A stretch of DNA of 53,191 bases, from assembly GCA_964587045.1 (NCBI GenBank), contig CAZPJY010000009.1, positions 1 through 53,191 of the forward strand, in the 5' to 3' direction. The notes beneath the pieces are model-generated. The model did no database searches and was not told where the DNA came from. It worked only from the letters and a program-made list of their open reading frames with translations. The DNA comes from an uncultured Methanosarcinales archaeon (lineage in GTDB: Archaea > Nanobdellota > Nanobdellia > Woesearchaeales > CAZPJY01). The translations under genes and the position numbers were made by a program. Shown piece by piece: positions 44,301 to 53,150 of this stretch. Each line of letters opens with the position of its first letter. Positions within the stretch are counted from its first letter, which is position 1.

Positions 44301-44650
44301 TAGAAAAGATTATTGAACCCTTAAAAGGAAAGATTAACAACCAGCTATGGTCCACTCTAGAAAACGACCTGAAGACCGTGATTGCAAAGTGCGAGAGCCA
44401 ATCCGACGAGATAGCCGAGAAATTGACCAAGAAATTCATGTTCCAACTTGACATCATAATAAACCAAGCCGAAGGCAAGGCCCTGCCCAACTCCAAGGAA
44501 TGGAAGAAGGTCGTAGGCGAAAACCTCGATGTGGAAAGCGAGAGAAAGAGCCTCCTGAAGTACTACGCCGGTCTGGTCCTCGACACGGTCGATCATGTCC
44601 ACAAGATGCTCAAGGTTGTCGACGAAAAAGTCATACATGAAATTAGGTGA
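41390..44650 (+). CDS. Large Lys-rich protein (1086 aa): helical N- and C-termini with central beta-sandwich (carboxypeptidase-regulatory-like) repeats
   Basis: Long ORF in ATGA overlap; TDKKGLAEL, SDNSGRFSF and AKAEGY motifs; no signal peptide or TM. Confidence 0.72.
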   Translation: MSDKTNMFMRYARSGMDERQVFDLLDGFNSSSGKWTDEEVKAIVKEYSAYWRNFRVLMEFRKRTNEHVQSFNEAATEALGLQIDETTQNVKNLHAAAKDCAGELLNSIRTSKLVDPELDLMSDDLDKGLEIFWKAVSEASKKSKRVDKLRNTAKDELFGKDEDQEENLKIYRGNKEIFASYAKTRDLATKLAESVKGLQAAKNEVNIAANHITLETKNTSKKIGKWEAKPSKADQDQLEKKEKKKKLFFWRKDKEDKEKVKEAKEKGPEPPKPPKLKGEKFQGILYRFKDQDEYNAFRNSYHTHDKSLKVNKDQILKEQEFKHDANVILEIKEHSKRFPPSKTEHYIGFGVRPVSEPGDLAHDWMWANGPDVVAYFCTVRLENPPDTVELHKLTETPFKCVIEGHVRRWSWHLQAEGSGRTFGPYATNKEEFIIPTQAVTDVQDDVFKVGVVAEGSEGFKATTHVKVKVKRDKVPEGHVRVIFSVKSSFEDRPLEDCSIVKNNQTHSPFKTDKKGLAELHLKPDNYQFTITYLKNVPTHHSAEVNIAKKELEGKELVEKQVKLELIEHEVRIVVRDGRGQPVKAHVHLKHPETWPDRSTVERQVDGSDVFKLPVSNKQVIAKAKAEGYEDAEERFKVDQDKPVTITLKKVADGPVIEGLVLNELTNRGISNVMIKIHPGTGKDADPTWHPVISDNSGRFSFVVHPAEEKVTYVVTAQGSKQFQRISDAVDITVITKGKQPVIKPSPVKVYLKPEILHIPQVRRIEARQIMTDKPKVKLVWEVDEPELLVMKQMGMYFSIYRKVDNGMLVCLPDKVKILPYKSKLFSFVDTFKDISLTKKDFEHTIDYCIKVSHPGKDEHNKHFLNQGETSPFASVILRNIPKKQLELIKKAVEDLTEKFSRKNLVTISQELADDVMKLYKEQLEKDTTADKLIKALREDKDATTKKLIKELHTKIAKIMLKHVESRLSKPLEKIIEPLKGKINNQLWSTLENDLKTVIAKCESQSDEIAEKLTKKFMFQLDIIINQAEGKALPNSKEWKKVVGENLDVESERKSLLKYYAGLVLDTVDHVHKMLKVVDEKVIHEIR

Positions 44651-44656
44651 ATGATC

Positions 44657-45364
44657 ATGATAAGCACGAAGAAAAAGATTACCAACCCGATAATCATTGA
44701 AGGCTTCCCAGGCTTCGGCCTCGTAGGGACCATAACGACCGAATGGCTGATGCAACACCTCAAGATGGAGCTCATCGGCTCACTCAACTTCGACGACATG
44801 CCGCCAATGGTCGCGGTGCACGGAGGGAAGGTCGTGCAGCCTATAGGCATATACTACAACGCACAGCACAACCTCATCCTGGTCCACGTCCTGACCAACG
44901 TGAAAGGGATGGAATGGAAGGTATCCAAACTCATAATGGACCTGGCCAACGAGTTCAAGGCCAAGGAGATCATAAGCCTGGAGGGCATAGGCGCAACGCA
45001 GCCCTCAGACGATCCGGCCGTTTACTACTTCTCAAACGACAAGGAGCGCAAGGGCAAGCTGACCGACATAGGGCTCCCGCCTCTCAACGAGGGCATCATC
45101 ATGGGAGCGACTGCTTCGGTGATGCTGGAGGCAAAAAACCTGCCTCTGACATGCCTCTTTGCTGAGGTTCACACAGAGCTTCCGGACTCCAAGGCAGCAG
45201 CCAAGATAATAGAGGCATTGGACAAGTACATGGGGCTGAAGGTCGACTACGAAGGGCTGTACAAGCAGGCTGAGGTGATGGAGGCCAAGCTCAAGGGCAT
45301 CATGTCCCAAAGCGCGCAGGCTGAGAAGGCTGCCAACGAAAAGGCCATGAGCTACGTCGGCTAG
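44657..45364 (+). CDS. PAC2-family proteasome assembly chaperone
   Basis: IIEGFPGFGLVGTI, IISLEG, GIIMG, PDSKAAA motifs; SD AGGTGA favours ATG 44657. Confidence 0.9.
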   Translation: MISTKKKITNPIIIEGFPGFGLVGTITTEWLMQHLKMELIGSLNFDDMPPMVAVHGGKVVQPIGIYYNAQHNLILVHVLTNVKGMEWKVSKLIMDLANEFKAKEIISLEGIGATQPSDDPAVYYFSNDKERKGKLTDIGLPPLNEGIIMGATASVMLEAKNLPLTCLFAEVHTELPDSKAAAKIIEALDKYMGLKVDYEGLYKQAEVMEAKLKGIMSQSAQAEKAANEKAMSYVG

Positions 45365-47697
45365 GTGCTCAGAATCTCCTTTATCCTATTATAGACCTCA
45401 GGATGCACTGCCGGATCGAGCATGAGCGAGTGCAGAAGCTTAGTCCTCGAGGGGCACCTCCCGAACACGTCCATGTTCTCAGCACCCTCAATAGGGACGT
45501 TAGCCGAAAGAACGATCCCATCCCCGTCGCTGCCGCCCATATCGCAGCCCATGCCTGTGAAAGTGAACTGGAACACATCCCTTGGCTGGTTGTTCGGGTC
45601 GTTTAGTTTCTTGAGGAAGATGCTCCCCTTGGTCATGTCCTGGCACTCAAAAGAGGAGCCCAGCACCGGACAGAGCGTGTCCACCTGCCCGACAATCCCA
45701 TAGTTGGGTGTGCCAACCATGATCAGTGTGTGGACGCTCGCATCGCCGAAAATCTGCAAGTACCTCCTAGCGACAAGACCTCCCATGGAGTGCGCTATGA
45801 CCTTGACCTGGGGCTTGCCAGTCATGAGCTTTGCGGTGTCTATGATGTCCTTCAGGCGGACAGCGTAAACGTCGATGCGCTCGCTCTTCTGCGGAGTCAG
45901 GACGTACTCGCCCTGGTCGTTATAGACGTCGAAGTAGTAAGAGACCTTCACGACGACGGGCTTGCCCGAGAGCCCCCACTCCCCCTTCTCGCCCTTGTCA
46001 GCAGGGCTTATGAATCCTGCCGGCAGGAAGCCGTCCGCCACCAAGTGCTCCTCCAAGCTGTCGAATACTGTCAGGGAGTAGAGCGGCGAGACGCGCTCGT
46101 TTACGGCGTGGCCGTGTACCAGGAGTATTGGGAAGGTGGCAGGGTCGTTTGCGCACGACTCGTCCGAGCAGCAGGGCTTGCAGTCGCCGAACACGCAGCA
46201 CACAGGCAGGTTCTCTGAAAGCACGGTGCCGATCGGGGACGCGGGATGCGAGAAATTCAGCGTGAGGTTTCCCACTCCGACGACGCTGGGGACGACCACA
46301 TCCTCAAAGGCGGATTGGCAGTGGGAGCCGACGAACTTTTCATAGCCGGCCGAAGGGATTATGCTGCTCCCGGACGCAATCTCATAGAAAGTCACCGTGC
46401 GGTTGTCCACATCCGCCTCAAACGGTGCGAGGTTGCCGTTCCTCGCTTCTGCCTCGAAGCGGCTGACAGCGGCTTCATAATCTGGCTCCCCGACCAGATC
46501 GGTGATGTTGGCATCGAAGGGTGATGTGTAGTGCAGTCCGAGAAGGCCTGAGCAGACGGCATCCAGATTGTTGGCCACTTCAGAGCCGCAGCTGTAGTTG
46601 TAGGCCAAGCACAGGACCCGGCTCTCTTCATCATAAATCATCGATCCCTCACTGGTCAGGTTCGATAGCACCACTAACAGCGTCTTCAGGCTCTGGTTGG
46701 TATCGCGAGAGAGGGAGTCGAGGCCAGCGGATATGTGACTGTAGCTCTGTCCCCCGGTCTGGAAGTCAGCGACAAGGGATGAAAGCGTCGATGCGCTCAC
46801 CGTGGGCGAAAGCACAGTTCCCAGGCGGTCCGCCACAGATATCGCCTGGGCCAATGCTGTCCTGTTGAAGGCGGCCAGCCTGGATAGCAGGGCGTTGTGT
46901 TCGGCCTCCAGGTCGTGCATCTGCTGGCGCACGTCGCTTGCGTTGTTGAAGAGGTCCCACGCCTCCGAAAGTGGAGGAAGCTCCATATAAAGCTCCAGGT
47001 ACCTCTCTTCCTCCCAAAGCTGCCTGTAAGACTCAAGCCTCGTGACCCACCTGTCCAGCTCCTGGATTAGGATTATTGTGCGCGTCCTCACCTCTGCATC
47101 CTGGAACGATGGAGGAACCCCTGCCAGCGCATGCTCTATGCCCATCATCTCCTCATCAGCGCGGGCAGCTGCGTATAGCATGAGGGAAAGGTTGGATTCT
47201 ACATACCCTATTATGTCCTCCTCCTCAGGCGAAGGCCCGTAGTTCAGGGTGAGGAAGGCCCTCCTACTCGCTGCCTCCCCCAGCGTCAGGCACAGGGCCG
47301 AACGCTCGTGTACGCATGAAACCGAGAAGTCGTACAGCTTCTGGCCCTTGCCGAAGAGCGGAGCCTCCATAGTGGCGCTGTACCTGTAAAAACCTTTTGG
47401 CGGCAGTTCGAAGCTGCCGTTCGCTATGATCTGCCCTGATGACAGGTCTGTGTAACGGAACTCGCACGAGGAAGTGCACAGGAATTCGTCTTCGGTGGTT
47501 ATCTCGAAGGTCTTCTCCGCGATCTCGCCGTGGTACAGGGAAACCTTGCTACTGTCGTAATCCAGGTGTACCAAGAGGTCCTCGCCCACTTGGAAGGCTG
47601 CCCAGAGCGCAGCATACGCAGCTGCAAGCAGGACTGCCAGAAGGATTAGAGAAGCAAGCCCCCACTTCCACCAGGATCTGCGCTTCTTGCGTGCCAT
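45361..47697 (-). CDS. Membrane-anchored protein with C-terminal alpha/beta hydrolase (lipase-like) domain
   Basis: N-terminal TM; PILLVHG, IAHSMGGLVAR nucleophile elbow, GTPNYG, DGIV, terminal His. Confidence 0.85.
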   Translation of the reverse strand: MARKKRRSWWKWGLASLILLAVLLAAAYAALWAAFQVGEDLLVHLDYDSSKVSLYHGEIAEKTFEITTEDEFLCTSSCEFRYTDLSSGQIIANGSFELPPKGFYRYSATMEAPLFGKGQKLYDFSVSCVHERSALCLTLGEAASRRAFLTLNYGPSPEEEDIIGYVESNLSLMLYAAARADEEMMGIEHALAGVPPSFQDAEVRTRTIILIQELDRWVTRLESYRQLWEEERYLELYMELPPLSEAWDLFNNASDVRQQMHDLEAEHNALLSRLAAFNRTALAQAISVADRLGTVLSPTVSASTLSSLVADFQTGGQSYSHISAGLDSLSRDTNQSLKTLLVVLSNLTSEGSMIYDEESRVLCLAYNYSCGSEVANNLDAVCSGLLGLHYTSPFDANITDLVGEPDYEAAVSRFEAEARNGNLAPFEADVDNRTVTFYEIASGSSIIPSAGYEKFVGSHCQSAFEDVVVPSVVGVGNLTLNFSHPASPIGTVLSENLPVCCVFGDCKPCCSDESCANDPATFPILLVHGHAVNERVSPLYSLTVFDSLEEHLVADGFLPAGFISPADKGEKGEWGLSGKPVVVKVSYYFDVYNDQGEYVLTPQKSERIDVYAVRLKDIIDTAKLMTGKPQVKVIAHSMGGLVARRYLQIFGDASVHTLIMVGTPNYGIVGQVDTLCPVLGSSFECQDMTKGSIFLKKLNDPNNQPRDVFQFTFTGMGCDMGGSDGDGIVLSANVPIEGAENMDVFGRCPSRTKLLHSLMLDPAVHPEVYNRIKEILST

Positions 47698-47725
47698 GCA
47701 GATTGATGTGGCATATTGGTATTTA

Positions 47726-48646
47726 TTACTTGCTGAATAGGCCTGTCGAGAGGTACCTCTCCCCAGTGTCGGGGAGTATCACGACGAGGCTCTTGCTCTC
47801 CCCCTTCCCCCTAGCTACCTGCACTGCTGCGTGCACAGCGGCCCCGGACGATACGCCCGCAAGTATGCCCTCCTCTGCTGCGAGCCTCTTCGCCATTTGC
47901 ATTGCATCTTCGTCCGAGACCTTGATCACCTCGTCGTAGACTGAGCGGTCCAGGATTTCAGGCACGAAGCCCGCCCCGATGCCCTGTATGGCGTGCTTTC
48001 CAGGCTCACCTCCTGAGAGAACGGGTGAGGACTGAGGCTCCACTGCGTAGACCTTCAAGTTGGGGTATTGCCTTTTCAGGTAGCGTCCTGCGCCTGTTAT
48101 AGTCCCTCCTGTGCCGATCCCTGCCACGAAATAATCAAGACCGTCAGGGAATTCCCTGGCTATCTCTGGGCCTGTGGTTTTCGCGTGGGCAGCAGGGTTT
48201 GCGGGATTCTTGAACTGCTGAGGCATGTAGTACCCCTTCTCGCCTACCAGCGATTCGGCCCGCCTGATGGCACCGGTCATCCCAGGCCCCTCCTCTGCAG
48301 GGACGAGGAGTACCTCTGCTCCGAAAGCCCTCAAGATGTCCCTGCGCTCCTCCGAGACGCTCTCTGGCATGGTGAGCACCACCTTGTACCCCCTGACTGC
48401 GGCGACCATGGCAAGGCCTATGCCTGTGTTGCCGGAGGTCGGTTCCACTATGGTGTCGCCGGGCTTGATTCTGCCCGCTTTTTCAGCAGCCTCTATCATG
48501 GATAGCCCTATCCTTTCCTTGATGCATCCTGCCGGGTTGAAGGACTCTAGCTTGGCCCATACAGCGGAAGAGTCCCTGTCCACCACCCTGTTGAGCCTGA
48601 CCAGGGGGGTGTTTCCGATGAGCTGGGTTATGTCGTCCGCTTTCAT
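47726..48646 (-). CDS. cysK: Cysteine synthase A (O-acetylserine sulfhydrylase)
   Basis: IGNTPLV, KLESFNPAGCIKER, EPTSGNTGIGLA, GIGTGGT, IQGIGAGF, PDTGERYLST. Confidence 0.96.
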   Translation of the reverse strand: MKADDITQLIGNTPLVRLNRVVDRDSSAVWAKLESFNPAGCIKERIGLSMIEAAEKAGRIKPGDTIVEPTSGNTGIGLAMVAAVRGYKVVLTMPESVSEERRDILRAFGAEVLLVPAEEGPGMTGAIRRAESLVGEKGYYMPQQFKNPANPAAHAKTTGPEIAREFPDGLDYFVAGIGTGGTITGAGRYLKRQYPNLKVYAVEPQSSPVLSGGEPGKHAIQGIGAGFVPEILDRSVYDEVIKVSDEDAMQMAKRLAAEEGILAGVSSGAAVHAAVQVARGKGESKSLVVILPDTGERYLSTGLFSK

Positions 48647-49509
48647 CGCTTAACACCATTCTTGAGTTTTTTCAGCTTGGGGTGATCGGATATGTAAACA
48701 GTCGTGCGTTCCGGCACGTCCTCAGTGATCCACGCGTTGGCGCCCACGCTTGCGAAGTCGCCTATGACGCACGGGCCCAGTATCTTCGCCCCAGCCCCCA
48801 CAACCACGTGGTCGCCCAGGGTAGGATGCCTCTTGTACCCTTTCTTCAGCCCCTCCTCGCCCTTTTCGAAGTGGAGCACCCCCAAGGTCACGCCCTGGTA
48901 GAGCCTCACCCAGTCCCCTATCTGGGCCGTCTCGCCCAGGACAACGCCGTTGCCGTGGTCTATGAAGAAGTGTTTCCCAATCTCGGCTCCTGGGTGTATG
49001 TCTATGCCGGTCAGAGAATGCACACCTTCTGTCAGCTCCCTCGGGTAGGCCGGAACCTTGAGTTCGTAGAGCACGTGGGCCACGCGCTGCATGAGGATGG
49101 CCTTGAAGCCTGGATAGGTCCTGATTACCTCTGTATAGTCGCGAGCCGCAGGGTCTCCCTTGTAAGCTGCCTCCACATCCATCTTCAAGAGCTCCCTTAT
49201 GTCAGGGAGGCGGTTGATCACCTCGGTGACCGCGTGCTCAGCATCGTCTTCGGGAAGGAAAGCGGAGACCCCTTTGAAGAGCAGCTGTCCTAGCTCATCC
49301 ACGAATGCTGAGAGCTTCTTTTCGTCCTTGGTAAGCTCCCCCCTGTTCCAGTAGTACGGGAAGAAGACCACTTTCAGCACGTCCAGCTCGGCGATACACG
49401 TCGACCTGGTGGGGAACAAGACCGTGCTTGTCAGGAACAGGCCTGAATCCTGGCCGTAGCTGTGCATCAAACGTTCAACCGCTTTTCCTTTGTATTGGTA
49501 TGCCATCAT
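48643..49509 (-). CDS. cysE: Serine O-acetyltransferase
   Basis: GDPAA, TGIDIHPGAEIG, FFIDHG, LYQGVTLG, KRHPTL hexapeptide region; coupled to cysK. Confidence 0.93.
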   Translation of the reverse strand: MMAYQYKGKAVERLMHSYGQDSGLFLTSTVLFPTRSTCIAELDVLKVVFFPYYWNRGELTKDEKKLSAFVDELGQLLFKGVSAFLPEDDAEHAVTEVINRLPDIRELLKMDVEAAYKGDPAARDYTEVIRTYPGFKAILMQRVAHVLYELKVPAYPRELTEGVHSLTGIDIHPGAEIGKHFFIDHGNGVVLGETAQIGDWVRLYQGVTLGVLHFEKGEEGLKKGYKRHPTLGDHVVVGAGAKILGPCVIGDFASVGANAWITEDVPERTTVYISDHPKLKKLKNGVKR

Positions 49510-49567
49510 AAACCACCTTAGACTATGAAAAAGAATTCTAACAACAACAGCACTCTGTCATAGCCTA

Positions 49568-52234
49568 TCAGCTTTTTGTGTGGATATATAAACTTTTTGT
49601 TGAAAGCGTGATCTTGCTCAGCTCCATGAGCAGGAATCCTGTAAAGGATACTCCTATTATCAGTCCCCAGTCGGCAAGGGAGATCGGTACCGTGCCGAAA
49701 ACAGGCTGGAGGAACGGAACGTATATGACGAGCAGTTGGATAGCGATTGAGATGCACACAGCGCCGAGCAGCCAGAGGTTCGAGAACGGGTTCAGCTTCC
49801 TGAAGGGCATAAGCGACCTGTTGCCCAGCACCGCGAACATCTCGAAACACACAAGAGTCGTGAAAGCCATGGTCTGCGCCTTGACCAGGTCGTCGAAGAG
49901 GTGGAAGACGAACAGCGTCCCAACTCCCATGAGCAGTCCGAACATCACAATCACAAGCAGCGTGTTCTTGGTGAGCGGGTGGTCCGAGGGGTCGCGCGGC
50001 GGCCTCTTCATCACGTCCTCGTCCGAAGGCTCGTATGACAGGCCCAGGGCTGGCAGCCCGTCGGTGAGCAGGTTCATCAGCAGTATCTGCAGAGGTATCA
50101 AGGGCAGAGGGAACCTCAGTATAACAGCCAGGAAGACAGAGACTATCTCTCCCATGTTGCACGACAGAAGGTACTTGGTGGACTTGATTATCTTGTCGTA
50201 GATGTTCCTGCCTTCCTCGACCGCATTCACAATGGTTGCGAAGTTGTCGTCTACCAGGATGCCCTTCGCCACTTCCTTGGAGACGTCTGTTCCGGTGATG
50301 CCCATCGCGATGCCTATGTCAGCCTTCTTCAGCGCCGGCGCGTCGTTGATGCCGTCGCCGGTCATCGCCACCACGTGGCCGACACGCTTCAGCGCGTCGA
50401 CGATGCGTGACTTCTGGATGGGCCTGGCCCTTGCGATTATCGAGATGTCCCGCAGCATCGAGTCCAAACGCTTGTCGTCGATCTTCTCCAGCTCCGCGCC
50501 TGTTATCACCAGATCGTTCTTCCTGTACAGGCCGATCTCCTCAGCGACGGACTTGGCAGTGTCCGGGTGGTCTCCGGTTATCATGATTATCTTGATGCCA
50601 GCCTCCCTGCACTCACGCACTGCGGCCTTTACCTCTTTCCTGGCAGGGTCTATCATCCCTGCAAGTCCGACAAACACGAGGTCCCGTTCGACCTCCGCTG
50701 GCGTTAGGTCTCCTGCTTTTTCGATGTCCCGGTAAGCAAAGCCCAGCACCCTCAAGGCCTGGCTTGCGTATTCTGAGTTCTTGTCCAGAACCGCCTTCTT
50801 GTCCCTGGGCGAGATGGTCCTCGCCATCCCGTTTATCAGGATGCGGTTGCAGTGCTTGAGCAGGATGTCAGGAGCACCTTTTACCAGGGCCTTTCTGTCC
50901 TTGCCCCTCCTGGCGACGACGCTCATGAGTTTCCTTTCGGAGTCGAAGGGCAGCTCAGCCTCAATCTCGTGCTTACGGGCCAGCTCGTCCTCCTTGAGAC
51001 CGCCTTTCCGGGCCAGCACCAGCAAAGCGCCCTCTGTCGGGTCCCCGACGATCGACCATTCCTTGACGTGCTGCAGCTCTGCGTTGTTGCAGAGCACGCA
51101 GGTGCGCAGGAGCATCTCGATGCTATTGGTCGGCACCCTCTTACCGTCCTTTTGTATTGAGCCCTCAGGCTTGTAGCCTGTGCCCTCCACGGTGTAGTCC
51201 TCGTTGTTGGCAAAGACCCGTGTGACCGTCATCTCATTCTTGGTGAGCGTGCCGGTCTTGTCTGTGCAGATGACCGTCGTCGAGCCCAACGACTCGGTGG
51301 CAGGGAGCTTCTTGATTATCATGTTCTTCTTGGCAAGCGTCTTGGCGCCCATGGAAAGGCCTATGGTCACTATCGCCGGAAGCGAGCTCGGGACCGCAGC
51401 AACGGCCAGGCTAAGGGCGAATATCAGCAGGTCAGGGGCTGAGGTGTCTCCCCGTATGAGGCCTGCCACGAAGACGATCGCTACCAGGATTATCACCCCA
51501 AACCCTATCTGCCTGGCCATCCTGGCGAACTTTTTCTGCAGGGGCGTCTTGACATCCTTGGTTGCCTGAAGGGTGGCGGCTATGGTGCCCATCTCGGTGC
51601 TCATCCCTGTCGCGACTACCGCCGCCTCGCCAGAGCCGTAGGTGACCACTGTCCCCATGAACGCCATGTTCTCCTGGTCAGGCAGGTGCGTCTCTTTTGG
51701 GAAGGGATCAATTACCTTCTTGGAAGGCACTGACTCGCCCGTTAGGGAGGCCTCGTCGATGTTGAGTCCTGATTCCTTGATGATGCGAGCATCGGCAGGC
51801 ACGACGTCCCCAGCTTCCAGGAGCAGTATGTCGCCCGGCACCACCTCGCTTGCTGGAATCTTCTCGACCTTGCCGTCACGCCTCACCCGCGCGTGCGGTG
51901 CTGATATCCTTTCCAGCGCCTCCATGGCCTTCTCTGCCTTGTATTCCTGGACGAAGCCAAGGGCCGCAGCCAGCAGCACTATCGCTATCATCGCTGCGGC
52001 GTCCAGCATCTCGCCCAGTATCAGGCTTATTACAGTGGCGACGAGCAGGAGGAGAATCAGGAAATCCGAGAACTGGGAAAAGAATATCTTCAACGGCGTG
52101 GTGTGGCTCTTCTTGTCAAGCTCGTTTCTGCCGTACTGCAGACGCCTCGAGGCCACTTCCGCTCTCGTGAGCCCTTCGGGTTTGGTGCGCAGGTTGAAGA
52201 GCACGTCCTTGACAGGAAGAGAGTAGTAATCCAT
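49568..52234 (-). CDS. Type II (Ca2+-like) P-type ATPase with atypical TM4 motif
   Basis: LTGES, DKTGT, KGAPD, MITGD, TGDGINDAP, NLLTDGLPA; TM4 reads PSSLP instead of PEGLP. Start placed at MDYYSL. Confidence 0.92.
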   Translation of the reverse strand: MDYYSLPVKDVLFNLRTKPEGLTRAEVASRRLQYGRNELDKKSHTTPLKIFFSQFSDFLILLLLVATVISLILGEMLDAAAMIAIVLLAAALGFVQEYKAEKAMEALERISAPHARVRRDGKVEKIPASEVVPGDILLLEAGDVVPADARIIKESGLNIDEASLTGESVPSKKVIDPFPKETHLPDQENMAFMGTVVTYGSGEAAVVATGMSTEMGTIAATLQATKDVKTPLQKKFARMARQIGFGVIILVAIVFVAGLIRGDTSAPDLLIFALSLAVAAVPSSLPAIVTIGLSMGAKTLAKKNMIIKKLPATESLGSTTVICTDKTGTLTKNEMTVTRVFANNEDYTVEGTGYKPEGSIQKDGKRVPTNSIEMLLRTCVLCNNAELQHVKEWSIVGDPTEGALLVLARKGGLKEDELARKHEIEAELPFDSERKLMSVVARRGKDRKALVKGAPDILLKHCNRILINGMARTISPRDKKAVLDKNSEYASQALRVLGFAYRDIEKAGDLTPAEVERDLVFVGLAGMIDPARKEVKAAVRECREAGIKIIMITGDHPDTAKSVAEEIGLYRKNDLVITGAELEKIDDKRLDSMLRDISIIARARPIQKSRIVDALKRVGHVVAMTGDGINDAPALKKADIGIAMGITGTDVSKEVAKGILVDDNFATIVNAVEEGRNIYDKIIKSTKYLLSCNMGEIVSVFLAVILRFPLPLIPLQILLMNLLTDGLPALGLSYEPSDEDVMKRPPRDPSDHPLTKNTLLVIVMFGLLMGVGTLFVFHLFDDLVKAQTMAFTTLVCFEMFAVLGNRSLMPFRKLNPFSNLWLLGAVCISIAIQLLVIYVPFLQPVFGTVPISLADWGLIIGVSFTGFLLMELSKITLSTKSLYIHTKS

Positions 52235-52263
52235 CACTATGTTAAGGGAGCATCCCACTTATA

Positions 52264-52422
52264 TTATTTGCCTTTGAGAATGCGTTTGAGCTTGTTCTCG
52301 TCCGCTTTGAACCTGCGGTCCTCTTCCTCGAGCTTCTTGCCTTCGAGGGGTTCCTTCTTGGACTCGAGCTCCTTTGCCTTATCCAGCGCGGCTTTGCGTT
52401 TGATCCAGTAGAGTATGCCCAT
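52264..52422 (-). CDS. Small charged hypothetical protein (52 aa)
   Basis: MGILYWIKRKAALDKAKELESKK...; G/C-ending codons; TTTTATA just upstream. Confidence 0.55.
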   Translation of the reverse strand: MGILYWIKRKAALDKAKELESKKEPLEGKKLEEEDRRFKADENKLKRILKGK

Positions 52423-52454
52423 ATGACAGTTTAGAAGAAGGAAGTATAAAAGTT

Positions 52455-52907
52455 TTACCTGTTGATGACCCTGTTGTACCCGTTCATTCCTAAGAGGAAG
52501 TTGTCCATCAGCACGCTCGGGCATTGGTTGGGTATCCTGAACTCGGGATGGTCCTTCAGCGCTGCTGCGACCTCGCGGTGCTCGAGATAGGCGGCTGCAG
52601 CTTCGTTTACCTTACCCTCACTTTCGAGCCTCTTAGCATCCCTTGCCATGCACGAGAATGCCTTATTGGCCTCCTCAAAGTCTCCGACCCCCACCAGGAA
52701 CGCTGCTTGCTCATAAGCGTGATTAGGGTATGTCAGTTCCTTTTCGAAGATCTTGTATATATAATCAATACTGTCAAACTCAATCTTTTTGAAGAGGGCT
52801 GCCAGACTCCCTTCGGGAACGTCTGCGAGAAGCTCTTCAATTTTGTTGCCGTCATCAAACAGGTTTCTTCCGATTTGGTAGCTTATTTCGATTTTATTCA
52901 GGTCCAT
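52455..52907 (-). CDS. Hypothetical helical protein (150 aa)
   Basis: Open frame with TTTATAAA about 25 nt upstream; no recognised motif. Confidence 0.6.
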   Translation of the reverse strand: MDLNKIEISYQIGRNLFDDGNKIEELLADVPEGSLAALFKKIEFDSIDYIYKIFEKELTYPNHAYEQAAFLVGVGDFEEANKAFSCMARDAKRLESEGKVNEAAAAYLEHREVAAALKDHPEFRIPNQCPSVLMDNFLLGMNGYNRVINR

Positions 52908-52974
52908 TTTAGTCGAGGGGACTTTATCTTTTATAAATAGCTTTCTCTACAAACCCGGGAACTCTCACTTTTGG

Positions 52975-53150
52975 TGCGGATTCAATAAAAACAGCCGGAT
53001 TTATTTCGCTATTTTAATATATATTTTTAAATAGATAGTTAATATTTTATATACTGTATCAATATTATTGTAATATGCCTTTTTTAAAGTATTCTATAAA
53101 AAATATATAACAAAATATAGAATAAAACTTCTAATCGTAGATGAAATATT
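52975..53150. other. Very AT-rich non-coding tract
   Basis: Almost entirely A/T, in contrast to the GC-rich coding regions. Confidence 0.6.

Noticed and set aside
49518..52226. Long antisense and alternative-frame ORFs here and throughout the ORF track
   Set aside because: Shadows of GC-rich coding genes; no motifs, SDs or independent promoters.
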